Source: Rhizophagus irregularis (Eukaryota). From it: a DNA stretch of 64,000 nucleotides. Positions 1 through 15,012 of the stretch are shown piece by piece. Position numbers and translations under genes: made by a program. The stretch spans positions 5,518,001-5,582,000 of the forward strand of contig NC_089432.1 of the NCBI RefSeq assembly GCF_026210795.1, in the 5' to 3' direction. The notes under the pieces are model-generated. The model had not been told where the DNA came from. It saw only the letters and a program-made list of their open reading frames with translations, and searched no databases. The first letter of the stretch is position 1. Every line of letters starts with the position of its first letter.

Positions 1-2049
1 TATTGAAATATATTTTTTTTTATTTTTTATATGAACATTTATAAATCAAGAAACTATAATAAAGTATATAGTTTATATCAATTAATTCCAAGTAAAAATG
101 ACCAGGCACATTTAACATATTAAAGAAAAATACACATGAACAATGGTATAATATGTTTTATAATAATAAAATTAATCATATAAATTTTTTAATTTTAACA
201 TTAAATATTAGATACAAACAAATAATATATATATAAATTATTCTTTCTTTTGGATTTTTGAATAAATATAATATATTCATTTTAATATAAACTAGTATAG
301 TAAGATAAGCCATAGAATATTAATAAAGAATTATGCAAAGAGAATATTAATAAAGCATTATGCAAAGAAAAACTATAATCTCGGTTTGCCAATGTGAGCA
401 AAATGAAGAAACCTTGCCAGGGACTATATATATATCAAGTAAAAAGATATGCCAAACACAAGCTTCTCATAAAATTCTTATTATTGATAATTATAATTAG
501 GCCGCTCCAATTTAATTATTTGTTTAACATACCCCTCACTTCTCTATTTTTCAAAAATCTGGATCCTATTAAACATATAATAATAAATATGTCTCCACGA
601 TTTTCCAGAATTTCCGGGATTTCCCGAATTTTTCCAAAAGTTATATTATATTTGTCTCTCTCAAACTCTTTATAAATTCTGGACGTTAAACAAACAATCA
701 AATTGAAGGGCCTTACAATCCTTACATTTAACATCATCATAATAAATATAAAATTTATTAATTAATATATTTTAAGTAAAAAAGATGAATAATATGACTT
801 GATACATATTAAATTAATACAGATTGTATTCAACATCAAAACTATATATAGTAAAATGCCTCATAGATATAATTTAATAATAAGCATATAACATCTCTTT
901 ATACTATATAGATCTATACAGATTAAAAAGCAATGCCAAGTGAAGATTATAGTATATTAAAATAATTAAACCTACATGTCAAACTTTAATAGTCTATTAG
1001 GAACTTGGCAATGAAATAATCATATAAACCAGCTTTTTAACAACATATACTTCAAATTTACAAGTATATGTAACAATCAATATAAAGAAAAGGTTATATT
1101 ATACTCTTCATTCTCGATTAATACCTGGAAAGGCCTCAATAATCTTTTAATCTTTGAATTGAAAAACTTCCTAAAAAGAGGCAAGAGAACTTTTAATTGA
1201 CCAAAGAAGTTTTCACTGCTTTAAGATATTGGAGATGCAAGAGTATTAGTAATAAGAATTATAAATAATATGATAAATTCTAAAAACAGGAAATCTTAAA
1301 CATATCAGATTGAATAAAATAACTAATATCAATTCGAAAGAATAAAGATAACAATTTATTATTAGAAAGTTTTTGAACATGAAACCATGCAAATATATTA
1401 TAAGTTACAAAAAAAAGTAGTACCTTACTAGTATTGAAATTTAAAAATATATATTTCAGTTTATAGAGCGAAAAATTATTTATTTTCTCAAAAAAGATTA
1501 TTTTTAAAAGATGCATTCAAATGCTAACGATCAATTGTAATTTTATAATAAATGAGATAGATTTAACATATGACATTATTTTATTATTAGGAAACGTCAG
1601 TCCTTATCATATGGTCAATGCAACTTTAGCAGAAGATTACCATATAGTTTATAGTATATATTATAATGAAGCAAAATTTCGACATATTTTTACTGGTAAT
1701 TTACGGTTTAACGTCGAAATAACATTAATCTTAATGAAACACAACAAATTTGCATAATTTGCATGATTTTTTTTTAAAAAATGCTAATACAATATAATCA
1801 CATACATGTCCTTATCCAAAGAAAATATTGTTTCAATACGCGAAAGTAGTAACTTGGATTATAATATTAATATATATTAAAATATAATCTTTTTTTTTTT
1901 TAATAAAAAAGTACAAATACAATTATAAAAAATGTCGATATAATAAATTTTAGTATGTAAACGATACAAAAATAATTTTATACACTAACAATATCATCTT
2001 ATATACTAACAATATCATCCTAAAAATATTATCTTATATACTAACAATG

Positions 2050-2601
2050 TCAGGGATAATGAAACGTGATTTTTCCTTCAATACATGATAGAATGTTACC
2101 ATCAGGATTTATGACTGTATAAAAAAGAAAAATTAATAATTAAAAAACTTTATAATAAAACATTATAAAAAAAAAAATACATAATAAAATTAAATACTAA
2201 CTTTGCGTTCTTATATCAGATTCGACTGTAGTATTTACGGGATCATCTGTTGATGATTCTGCCGGGAAATTTATGGTAAAATCATAATCACCATTTATTG
2301 GACAGGTGGAACCATTTGGTATAACAAACATTTGGCAAAACTCGAAGCTGTGTTGATGAAATACTTGATTTTCATGAAATAATGTTATATTAAACAACGC
2401 TCCATTTTCAATAGGTACAGTTGCTTTACCAGTAATATGAATAGTAGCCGTTTGGCCTATGATGATTGGATTCGGCGTGAAAGTATATGTGGTAATTTCA
2501 TTTGGAAAAGTTCCAACACACGGACTGAGTGCTTGACGTCTTATATAAGTTGATGATGAGAATGTTGTAAAAAACAAGAAGATAAAAAGTAAAATATTCA
2601 T
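2050..2601 (-). CDS. Secreted ML-domain (MD-2/NPC2-like, PG/PI-transfer type) lipid-binding protein, 2 exons (2601-2202, 2114-2050)
   Basis: Hydrophobic N-terminus MNILLFIFLFFTTFSS. ML-type pattern C...FTPNPIIIGQTATIHITG...FC...CPINGDY. GT-AG intron 2201-2115 restores the frame into IINPDGNILSCIEGKITFHYP*. Confidence 0.8.
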
Positions 2602-4565
2602 CTTTATAAAGACTGTTTGAAAAGGGGATAAATTTGAAAGTGATGAAATACGAACAGAATTGTACCATATTTATATGTTAAAAAATGATGAAAAATTAAA
2701 ATTCGTTAGCCGTTAAAAAAAACGCCTTTAAACTCATGTCAATGAAATGTAACTTTTTTTAGGTAGATAAAGAATAAAAAGAAGAAGAATATAATTACGC
2801 CTTCATATTATTATATCATATAATAATAACAATCAAAAGAGTTATCTCCCGTTATTCTAATTATAACTGTATCCACATTTAGAAAAACAATAATCATTGT
2901 ACACATATTGCGAATGATCAGCCGATTTCGGTAATTCTTATAAGAATTTTCTTGTATGAAATTCTTGGTCAAATAATAAAAATTTTAATAAAATCTCGTA
3001 AATTATATTAAAATATTCAACTTTATGGATTAATACTCTATTTTAAAATAATATACAATCATGTACATAAGTCGATAATCGAATCTTCGAACCATTCTCA
3101 ATTATTTGTTTATCAATCAATATCTTATTATTTATTGCCTTTTTTAAAAGCTTATTCGAATTTGGATGTACCCTTTATGCGTTTTATGCGTGTAACAGAT
3201 TAGAATAGAATTCAGATTTTTCATTGAGGTACACTAAAAATAAATAAATAAATAATAAGGTTCGAATTCTTGTGTAACATGTGGCGCTTGTAAGAACATT
3301 CGCTTGAAAACGAACTTGGTTTAATTAGAAATGCAAAAACTGATGCCGTTGACCAAAATAATTTAAAAAAAAATGTTTATAGGAATTATCATTTTAAAAA
3401 TGTATTTTATTCTTTAAAATTATATTTCGATATTATAGACTCTATTAAAAATTAAAATATGATACGAAAAACGTCATTTATCATTTTCATGTTAATATCT
3501 CATAATATATTTTTATTCTTCTTTAACTTTGTTTTTTTATGTCGTGCTTAAAATGAAATTTTCAAATAAATTATGACACATTAGTTGAAAACATTCTTAG
3601 TGTATTCTCTATAAAATTCTTTAAATTCCTTAGAAGCGGCACCCCATGAATTTTTTGCCATCTTGGAAGTATTACTGACGTTGGTATTTAATGCCCATAG
3701 TAAGTGTATCCTAAACATAATAAAGCTATTGCACCGCAAAAAATTTCTGTAACGTAAAGAATTAACAGGGGTTAAAGCATAGTAATAAAGCCATATTGTG
3801 GTATACTTAAAAAATATTGCCCATTTATTAATAGATAACATTGGAGAACTATTTAATAATTCCACCATTTGAATTTTATGATATTATTAACTGTTAAATC
3901 AAAGAAATTTCTTAATTTTACACGGGGTGTTCATACATGTATCACGTGACTTTATTAAAAAAAAAAAAAATTTTTTTTAATAAATATAATTTTAAAATAA
4001 TTGTAGTGTGTATTTTCTGCAAGTTTACTTAAAGCGTCAAAGTTGATTTTGAATGTCAATTTTGATTTATTTTTTTTTTCCTGTTTTCGTTAAATTCAAC
4101 ATTAAATGATCAGCATAGAAAATTTACTTTTTTGAAATACCGTGTTTGTGTACAAATAGAAATCGAATTGCTTAACGTTACTGTAATACAAAAAAAATAT
4201 TTTGCGGATTTTTTTTTTTTTTAGATAGCCCTTATACAAAAAAAAATCCATGTGAAAGATTAACTGTTACACCTCTGCAACTGCGGTTAATAACCGGTAA
4301 AAACCGGAACATTGTCGTACCAGTTTAATCGATTTGAGAATTTTCACATGTGGAATGATTTCAGTTGATCTACGCATTCACAGCCATATAATAATTTAAA
4401 TAAGAAAAATTTTATAAAAATTTTTGTTTTACTTATATGAATTATTTTATTTAATATAGCGGTGCTTCTTGTACCGGTAAAACGGTATGTAATATATTTT
4501 TAAATTTTTTTTGCAAAGAAAAATATATTTTTTGATTATATATTAATAAAGTATCTTTTTTTTTC

Positions 4566-6589
4566 CTAACATATATACAGACATTTTCTATCCCGATTTC
4601 TTTGTTTAGCAGATTTTTCATACCAATAATTGGCTTGATTTATATCCTTTTTGACTCCTTTTCCATATTCATATATTGAAGCAAGATTATATTGAGCTGA
4701 ATCATCTCCTAAATTTGTCTGCTTCTTGAAAAAGTTCAAATGCCTTTTGTTCATCAATTTCAGTTCCAATACCATTTTCATCTAAGCTGTTTACTCCAAT
4801 TGCATTTCCCAAATTTGCTGCTTTTTGAATTAGCTCAAATGCCTTTTGTTTGTTAATACTAGTTCCAATACCACTTTCATAACAAATTCCCAAACAACAT
4901 GTTCCATATGCATCTCCTAAATTTGCAGCTTTTTGATATAGCTCAAATGCCTTTTGTTTATCAATACTAGTAACAATACCAAATTCATAACACTTTCCTA
5001 AATTGATCATTCCAATTGCACATTCTAAATTTGCAGCTTTTTTGTATAGTTCAAATGCCTTTATCAATTTTAGTTCCAATACCATTTTGATAACACACTC
5101 CTAAGTTGTTTATTCCACGTGAATTTCCTAAATTTGCAGCCTTTTGATATAATTCAAATGCCTTTTGCTGGTCAACACTGATTCCAATTCCTTCATCATA
5201 ACAATATCCTAAACTAGTTATTCCAAATACATTTCCAGAGTTTGCCGCATTTTGATATAATTCAAATGCTTTTTGTTTATCAACATTAATTTCAATTCCG
5301 AAATGATTAAATATTCCAAGTAAAACGACAGAATTTGAATTATTTAATTATCTAATAACCAATTATAAATTTCTTGTAAAGTTATGTTATGATTATAAAG
5401 GTAATTGATAATTTCAATTTTTTTTCTTTCTCTTCCTACAGTTTCAAGAAGGAGAATTATTTCATTAACCATTGTATCAAAGTTATTCTCTGATGGTATT
5501 GAAGTTTCTGTATTCATAATAAAATTTTTAATAACTTGGGATATTTCTCCATGCATTATTAATAATATTTTCTGCAATAATCCGCTGTTCGTTAGATACT
5601 TTAATATTTTCTGCAATATTCAGCTGTTCGTTTGATACTTTAATATTTTCTTTTAGAATAATTTCATTTAATTTCTCAACAACCTGGTTGGAAGTTGGAC
5701 GATTATCTGGTTCACTATTCCAGCAATCTAAAATAAAAAATATTTAAACTTTTAATTAATCAATATTATAATTATAAATCATAACTAAATTTAATTCTCT
5801 TTACCAGAATATATTTTTATATAGTCTTCAGGTGTATTAGAAATAGGTTTCTCTCTCAGACCCTGCAATATTTCCATAGCCAAAGCAACATCATATGGTT
5901 CGTTACTAAAAGGTGGCTGTCCACTAGATATTTCCCATAAGATTATACCAATACTATAAATATCACTCTTTTTATTTAATGAATATATTTGTTTTTGGTT
6001 GTTGCTGCCCTTTTTCTATTAAATATTTGTGGATCAATGTAAGCAATCATTCCAAATAATTTTGATTGAACATTGGATGATTCTTCTATTCTCTTGGATA
6101 ATCCAAAATCTGCCAATTTGATAGTATTTTGGTGAACTAAAATATTATTGGAATGCTATTATAAAATAATAAATAAAATAAATGGTTGTATATAATTTCA
6201 TAAATAAATACAATTAAGCAAATTGAATAACCTACTAAATCACGATGTACAATCTCTTCGTCATGTAGGCACGTTACAACATGAGCTAACTGAAATGCCA
6301 GACTTAATTTATCATTCCAAGTAAGATTTACAAAATTTTCACTTAAATAATTTCGAAGGGTACCATTATTGGCATATTCCATCACCAGTAAATATTTTTT
6401 TGAATTATCATTTTGATTTTCTTTTGAGAGAAAGATATTATTTTAGATTTTTTCATTCTTATTAAAATAATACTTTGAAATATTTCTAATACCTGTTGTA
6501 ACACCATAAAATCGAATAATATTCTCATGAAAATCTATTTCACGTTGAAGTTTAATCTAAAATAAATAAAATTTTAAGTCATGAACGTA

Positions 6590-6622
<33 letters not shown>

Positions 6623-6895
6623 GATAAAATATTTATATATTATAATTACTTCATTAACAATTTCTTTAATTGTGATGTTGTTGTAATTATAAAAAGATTT
6701 CAATGCTAAATAATTACGAAAATTTTTCCAATTTGCGCGATATACTTTTCCACAACTTCCGAAACCAATTTCTTGGATATTATTGAAATGTTTATAATCA
6801 TAATATTTAAAATAATTTTTTGTAACGGCCTCTTCAATCCAATTGATCCATTCATTTGAATTATTAGTAACTTTAATTTCAGAGTTATTAAACAT
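4566..6895 (-). pseudogene. TKL-type protein kinase fused to C-terminal Sel1-like repeats; frameshifted
   Basis: Exons give [71 protein letters not shown], then repeated KAFELYQKAANLG Sel1 units. Frameshift at ~6007, stop/frameshift at ~5345, and more frame breaks in the Sel1 array. Confidence 0.85.
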
Positions 6896-7109
6896 TGTTA
6901 AAGTGCTTAAAGTGCAGAAAATTCTCTACAAGAAATTTTTTTTTGATTTTTTGTGGCTTAATATATAAAATTTTGTATTACTAAGCTATGATTTTACCTG
7001 TGTAACGGTGACGTTTAGATTAACTTGTTTTGAATTGCGCGGTACGTAATTCTTATGATTTGATCGGCAAATTCATGCTGAATTACTGTATGATTATCAT
7101 TTTGTGATT

Positions 7110-7500
7110 ATTGAAAGACGTCAAATTTTCTAAATCATCTGATATTTATTGTATGGGCTGGGCATGATTATGTGGGAATTAATAACTGTATTGCTAATGT
7201 GGGACATAAAATTATTGATGGAAAATGACCTAATATTACTGATGACACTCCTGAAGATTTTGCTAATTTAATGAAAAGATGTTGGAATCCCGATTCTGAT
7301 GTTTGTGAAATTTTTAATTCTTGGTCAATATTTACAACATTTTAACATTTAATAATTATTATCATCTTAGATAATAAACTTATTAAAGAATCAATCAACG
7401 ATAAAGGTATTAAAGTCAGTATGTAAAGGAATTTATTAATTACTTGATTCTTCTTCTTTAGAATATATTACAAAAGAATATGAGTTTGATATAAATGAAA
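7110..7500 (+). pseudogene. Decayed kinase C-lobe fragment
   Basis: Translates with breaks as KSSDIYCMG..GMIMWELIT..IIDGK*PNITDDTPEDFANLMKRCWNPDS. Confidence 0.65.
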
Positions 7501-8639
7501 TTTAAAGGTACAATTAAATGTTTTCTATATTGCTTTTAACAATTGTTTTGATCAATTCATAAGTAAATCCAATCAATCCAAGGAAACAAGATGCAACTGA
7601 AGATTTTACTAAATAAATTTTTTGTCAATTTTATTTTATTTTGTTTTATTTATTTATTTATTTATTTTTAAAAAAAGGAATGCATATTAAAGTTAGTAAC
7701 AATGTTAACACAGAATCTTATGAATAGACACTTTTGTTATCATGTTCTGCTTTTATTAAGTTATTTATTTATTTTTCTTTTTTTATAAAAAATTTATTTA
7801 TTATTACAATTACTATTTGTTGAAATAAAGATTATAATTATGTCTAAATTGTAAATCTTAAAATTCTCGCTAGTTGCTATAATTTTAACATCATATTATT
7901 TATTTACGTATACTACATAAAAAAATGCATATGTAGCTATGGATAAAACTAATTATATACCAAACCTGTGTACGTGAATGTACATAGACTTTCTCTAATG
8001 TGAACCAATTCATGATAATAGAGATATCTGCTATAAAACACTTTTGCACTGAATATGACTATTCCAAATTATCATACACCAAAATCATAAATGATAGTAT
8101 GTATTTAAATGATATTTAAAGATAAAAATAAATTAATAACTATGTGAGGAAACAGGTTGCCACTCTGCATGCTGGATTAAATACAGTAAATACTTAATCA
8201 TCAAGCAAAATTTTTAATTTTTCTATATTTCTTTCATTAATTAATTTCGTAAAAACAATAACAATTGATAATGGTTCTTTTGTACCAAGTTTTAATTCAC
8301 CAAGGTAAGAAGTTATATTTTGAAATCTGTCATATTTATTTTGAATTCAATAAATATCACTATAATTAAATTCTAACAAGTAATTCTCTTGATTATGTTA
8401 TCTCAATTCTCATCATCATAATCAGATTCTAACAAATAGTTCTCTGTTTAGCTACAAAAATTTATTGCAACACTAGGAACATTTTTAAATTTGATTTTTA
8501 TTTACTATTTGATAAAAAGAGCTAATATCTCAAAATAGATTACATCAACAAAAACTGTGTATTAAACAATTATATATGGACATATAAAAGAAATTTTTTA
8601 ATTTTATTAATAAGAATATGAGTACATCATGATAGTCTA

Positions 8640-10044
8640 AATATAATAATAATGATCAAAACCTGTAACTTTAAATTTCCTAATAACACCTAATTTAATA
8701 TATTTATTAATTATTTCAATATTTTCATCATTTTTATCTAAGCTATTTTCTTCATCATATATAATAATTAAAGAAAGTGATTTTTGTGGTACACGATTTG
8801 TCCAATTTACAAAAAAGGACTCTAATTCTTCCGGAAGTAAATTAAATTGAAAGATAAATACATGATTTTCACAACCGTTTCTAATGCTTGTTTTTCGCTC
8901 AAAAATTCACCTCCACACCAAATTTTAATACTTTCTAAATATTTGCAACTATTAAAAATTATTTTTAATGTTTCCAATTCATTATTTTTAATTCTAGTGG
9001 AAAGTTTTCTAAGCATTGGACAAAACTTAGAAATAGCTAAATTTAATAAATTAAATGATTTATCATTACAACATATATAAATTTCTTTTAGATTTTTCCC
9101 ATTATTTTCTAAGAATTTTATTGGTATTCCATTGCTTGGAAATGCATTACGAATTTTTAAAACTTGTAATTGTGAAAAAATAACATATTGTAACTTTTCA
9201 AAACCAACAATGCATTTTTTAAGTGATAATTTAAGTTCTTATAAATTTGAGAAATTGGCAATAAAAGACAATGATGGAATATAATAAATTCTACTATCAA
9301 TATCTAATTTAATTAAAGTTTTAGGAACTTTTGACATTAATGAAAAAATTTTATTTGCCACGTTATACTCATGATATAGTAATATACCAAAATGCTTCAA
9401 ATTTCTCTGAACAGAAATTATATCTACTATTCCAATTCGAAATAATTCTTTTAAATTCTATAGTAAGTGATTGTATATTATAACATGTTTGAGATAGTTG
9501 ATAAAATAATTCTGTGGAAATATCTGAACTACAGCTTAATTCTGAGAGATTTTTTAAACAATCTTTTGCTCCAGGACATAAGGAAAAAGTTATATATGGA
9601 TATGGGTAAAAAAAATAGAGTTCTTAAAGAAGGGATTTCTTTCATGAACATTTGGAGTACTTCCTGCATAACTATAAATGTATAATTTTTAAGACTTTGT
9701 AATAGAATATTTTGTTGATTTTTAAGAAGCCTTCCAATTTTGTAATAAACTCGATTAACTGATAGAACTTTGCAAAATGATGCATAATTGAAAATGGGAG
9801 GTTTTAAAGTTGGAGTTAAAATAGTAATTTCATTTTTAGATAAAATTTCTTTTGACTCATTTGGAAGGCAAGTAATTAAAGTACTAAAGTTCGAAGTAGT
9901 ATAATTCTGTTCATTTCTCCACAAAATTCTTACTGAAACTTCACACCAAAGACGATTAACTAATATGCATGAATACAAAGTATGTATGTCATCTTCCAAG
10001 TATTCAAAAATCTCATTCCAGCAATCAGCAGGAAGTTTAGACAT
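8640..10044 (-). pseudogene. F-box-like / LRR (RNI-like) protein of the expanded Glomeromycotina family, frameshifted
   Basis: N-terminus MSKLPADCWNEIFEYLEDDIHTLYSCILVNRLWCEVSVRILW, then PIFNYASFCKVL. Downstream pieces (CPMLRKLST, LKIIFNSCKYLESIKIWCG) lie in other frames. The 3' end is approximate. Confidence 0.75.
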
Positions 10045-11183
10045 TGTTTTTTTTAATATAACAAAAAAAAGAGTTCAAACTTTAAAATGAGGCGAAAAGT
10101 TCGTTATTTATGATTATGCCGATCGTTAAGGTAACATGTAAAGCTAATATGATTGGCTGTTTTCTTTGCATACAACTTAGTCACAACAACTAAAATTGAT
10201 GAAATTCAAATCACTACTACTCACTAACGATAAATGTAAAGTATAACTATACAATAATAAAACAAAACAAGCTTAACAAAACTACAGTTTTAAATTTCTA
10301 TAAAATGTTTTTTAATAAATTAGTAGAAGTTCAAAGTTAGAATATTTTACTATTAAATTAAATATTTGGCCACTTTTAATATTCTGACCAAAATTATGTG
10401 TAAATCTGGCTAAAATTATATGCTAAAATTATATATAAGTCTGGCTAGAATTAAAAAAATTATAATCTAAACTATATAAATCTAGCCAATAAAATTGCAA
10501 GTTTAATGTATCATGTGATATAAATTGATATTTTAAATTTGGCCACTTAAAAATTTTTTTGTTGTGACTAAGTTTCATCATTTTCGACACCAGGGTGGCA
10601 TTGTCAGATTTGGCGGTTTGGTTCACAATTTAATTTAGAATTACTTTAGATAGGCTTACGTATAGTTCGTCCCTGTAATTTGTATCGTGACTTTGTTCAC
10701 ATGGAAATTAAAAAATAAAAATAAAAATAATTTTCTTGTGACTAAGTTATATGCACTGTATGTGTTTAAAAAATTGAATTTTTGATATGAAATTTTGCAC
10801 GACTAAAGAGTGCTGTAACAGTTCAGACTAATAAACAAGAGAGAATTTTTTATAATTTTTTTTTTATTATCATATTTCTTAAATTTCATAAAAAAATATC
10901 ACTATTTAAATTTGACATTATTAATTTCTTTAGTAGTGAAACGATATCATATAGAAAATATGACTTTAAATTTAAACTCGAAATGAAATATGAAATGAAT
11001 TTAAAATACAAATATTTACATATATGCAGAAATTTAAAATTTCTAAGAAAAATTAAGTATTTAATACGAGGTTGAAATCTTTAGTGTTTCAATCCATTAC
11101 CAGGTTCAACCAAATGAGCCCAGATAATTTTATTTTTCTAGATATCTGAATATTTACGATTTTTAAATCCGATTATAAATACA

Positions 11184-11610
11184 CAGTGAAATTTAATAAA
11201 CCGGATCTTCGATAAAGCCTAAACTGGACTTTTTTCTGGAACCAAATCACGTATATTAAAATAGTTTTAATATACCGGAGTTTACTAGTAAAAGCTCGAT
11301 ATTCGCTATAACAGATCAATTTTCTAACCAGCTATAGGGTAAAAATGATTCGATAAACCGTATCACGTGACCATTAACCAATAAAATTTAAGTAACGTGA
11401 TGCGGTAAATCTTAATTTTGGCCAGAATTATAAAAATCTTAATTCCGGCTGAAGTTATGTATTACTTATTTCTTCAATTAAAAATATTTTATATTCATTT
11501 TCATAAACTATAACGTATATTAGTTTATTAGCACGAAAATTATTTGTCAGTATATTGATATTTTTTCGCTATACCAGATTTTTAGTGGAACCGTTTATCG
11601 AATTTCACTA
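11184..11610. mobile_element. Degenerate MITE, Tc1/mariner-like TIR
   Basis: Left end CAGTGAAATTTAATAAACCGG is inverted to right end CCGTTTATCGAATTTCACTA. No clean TA target duplication. Confidence 0.5.
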
Positions 11611-13116
11611 TTGTAAGACCTAAGCCCGTGATAATTCACGTTTGCCACCTTAGGCTTAACAAAATAATACTTTATTAATAATATAAATAAATACAATAAT
11701 ATGCTTGGTTTAAATGTTTAATAATACTAAATATAATCAAAATAATTTCCTAATATTCAATAAATCCCTAAATTCGTAACATAAGATCACAACTTCAATT
11801 TATAATCTCAAAATTCATAACTTAAATTTTCAATTTCTAAAAATTCGTAACTTCAAATTAGTAACCTGAAATTTTATCAAGTCTCCTTTTGCATCTTTTG
11901 ACATCTTAATAGTTCCCGTTCCTTAACTTTAATATTCAAAATGTAAATAAAGATCTTCATATATCAATGATTACACATATCCGTAGTTACCCCTTAAATT
12001 GATCATCAGAATTTTCAATTCCTAAATCGTCATCTCGGACGTTACCTTTATAACGTCATACAATTTTAAAATACTAAAAATTTATACACTAATTCTACTA
12101 CGCCTCATAATTAATAAATTTACTAGGTATATTTCGGCATTACACTATGTATCTGGATTTTGACCCAGAATCCGGATAATAAATTTTTTTTAAAAAAACA
12201 TTTTTTTTAAATCAAAAACTCGATTTTTGATTTCAGGATCGATAGAGACAAAATTAAATTCAAAAATATTTTTGATTATCATAAAATTTTTCACTACCTC
12301 ACTAACCATAATGGTAGTGGTGCAGCAATTTTGATGACCACGAGACCACGATAATGGATAATTTTTGTCCTTTATTATGCCCTTTATTATGTTTAATTTA
12401 TATTTATCGTGATGCATTTTTGGCTTAATTTATAGTTATTGTGATACATTTGTACAACTGCTAAAAAAATAATTTTTCAAAATTTAAAAACTGGTAACAT
12501 GATTCAGGTAAAATCCATAAATTCCAAAATTATACACTTGATTTTATCAATAAAAATTATTTTGATTATCTAAAAAGTTAAATTTGACAAAGTTATATAA
12601 TAAATTTATCAATAATTGTTTTGGTAAATTTTCAAATGAAAAAATAATACTGTACGATCAACAAAAAAAATTAATAAAATATTAACGTAAGGATGGTCCG
12701 CCAAGAGATTTGCGTTACCTTTAAAACAATTTCTTTTTTCCAATTGTATTATATATTTTTTTGCCTTAACTAATTTTATTTAAACTATAATACAGTAATA
12801 ATGTTTACTAATCTTAAAACCTTAATGATATTTACATTTTATTTTTAATATTAATAATTACATTTCATTCACAAAATATAATACTGCGGAGAAAAGAAAA
12901 AAAACGCATAATGATAATTGATTTACCATTTTAGGTTTGATCTTGTGGGAACTGATTGTGACAATCATAAAACAATCTTAGGTAAGTTCAAAAGTAGATG
13001 TAAAAAAGCGTATTTATTTCCCGCAAAAAATTATCGACTCCCTTCAAAGTCAATATTAAATTAAAATTTTCGATCTTTCATTTTACTTACTTTTATTTCT
13101 CCATATAAAAAAAACT

Positions 13117-15012
13117 ATGTATCAAACGATCATTCTAGGATCCATTCTATTGGTATCATTTTATATTTTAAAGCGTTTTCGCAAACCAAAACTCGTAAGA
13201 AAATTATCTTATTAATCTATATTGAGTTGTTTTTATTTTATTTTATTTTATTTTATTTTTTTATTTTCTTAGAATATGCCACCTCTTGTTCGTTATAAAA
13301 TTCCAATTATCGGTCATACTTATAGTTATATGTTTAATTCCGAAGAATTCATCAAACAATGCAAAAATGAGGTTAATAAAATAATAAAAAAGATTTTTTG
13401 TTTTCTTTTTTTTTGCGTCAAATCTATTAACAATTTTAATTTTCGTATTAATTAGTATGGTGAAATCTTTAGTATATATATATGGGGTGAAGTGAGAACA
13501 ATTGTCGGTAATACATTTTTATATATATACTGTATATAAATAATCATTATATATGTTTATGACCAATAAAATATTATATGTACTTTAATAGGAAAAGAAT
13601 ATTCGCAAGAGGTATTAACAAGAGACGATGCGTTTAGTTTTGGGAAAGCATTTGTCGAAACAATTCCGCTTGACTTATTACTTAAACATGCGGGTGTAAC
13701 AAATGTGCCAAAATTGCTTAAAGATTATATTTTTTGTAAATTAAATTTTTATTCTGAGCGCATGCAAAAATGTCTTCATTCTGCCATTCAAAAATATATT
13801 AATACTAATGTTAATGATGGTCCAAAAGTTTTTAATAATATGTATCTTTTAATGACTAAAATTATTTCTACCCCTGTTTCAAATATTTTTATTGGTGAAG
13901 TAAGTATATATATATTTATTATTTTAAAAAATTTTTTTTTTTATTATTAAATATTTATTCCTTTCAAAAATTTACTTTTTTTTATAGGAGGAATCGAAAC
14001 ATGATCAACATTTGCAGGATTTATAAGTGATTTATTGACACTTCAAAAAATTCCACCATTACTTAATTTTTATTATCCAGGATACCTCAACCGTATTCTC
14101 GTTAGTTCAGGATTATATAATCCAGCAATTAAACATAGAAATATATTAATTAAATATATTAAAAATCAAGTTTGTAACCGTTTGCAAGGGAAAGCAAAAT
14201 ATGGTGATTCTTGGAAACGTCCTGATGATTTACTTCAAGATATTATAGAACAAGAAAATATTGATCTTAATAATGTTAATTATTCTTCATTAGCTGATAA
14301 AATATTTGCGTTTCTTTTCGCTTCAATTCATACGACATCAACCGGTTGTGCAAATGCTTTAATGGATTTAGCTTCTCGTCCTCAATATATGCAAGAATTA
14401 TATGAAGAACAATTGGAAGTACATAAAGAAGCTGATGAGAATGGTGTACTTCCATTTGAAGCTCTTGATAATATGAAAAAATTAGATAGTTTTATTAGAG
14501 AAACTTTAAGATTAACTGGTCATATATTAGCACTTGATCATTCTGTATTAAAAGATTACACTTTCTCTAATGGATTACAATTACCAAAAAATCATACAGT
14601 TAAGATTTATGTTGATGATATTTATCAAGATGAATCATTACAAGGTCCAAATCCGAAATCATTTGAACCATTTAGACATATAGATAAAAATGCTCCTGCA
14701 TCAAAAATTAGTAAAAATTTTGTTCTATTTGGAGCTGGTAAACACGCGTAAGTTTATAATAATATTTAATTTATTTTTTTTTTGCAAATACTGTATGTTA
14801 AAATTAATTTAATTAATTTAATTATTATTAAATTATTTAGATGCCCTGGAAGATATTTTGCTATAAGCGAAATCAAATTTTTTATGCATAACATTATCTT
14901 AAAATATAATATTCGCACGGAGAGTGGTAAAATTGAAGGAAGAAAGTTGTACGGTCCAACTGCATACCCAAGTCCTAGTGGAATTATTATCGAAAAGAGG
15001 AAGGCTAAGTGA
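13117..15012 (+). CDS. Cytochrome P450, 6 exons; apparent frameshift at ~14003, possibly a pseudogene
   Basis: N-terminal anchor MYQTIILGSILLVSFYILKR, PPLVRYKIPIIGH, I-helix FASIHTT, ExxR (ETLR), FEPFRH. Heme motif FGAGKHA|CPGRYFA is joined across an intron at ~14748-14840. Exon 5 starts EESKH, then shifts frame into STFAGFISDLL. Confidence 0.88.

Noticed and set aside
394..1757. Short ORFs in the track (394-675, 516-740, 1280-1516, 1521-1757)
   Set aside because: AT-driven I/L/K/F/N composition, with no motifs or splice support.
10591..11652. Possible hAT element CAGGGTGGCA ... TGCCACCTTA
   Set aside because: Only a short imperfect TIR match and no TSD.
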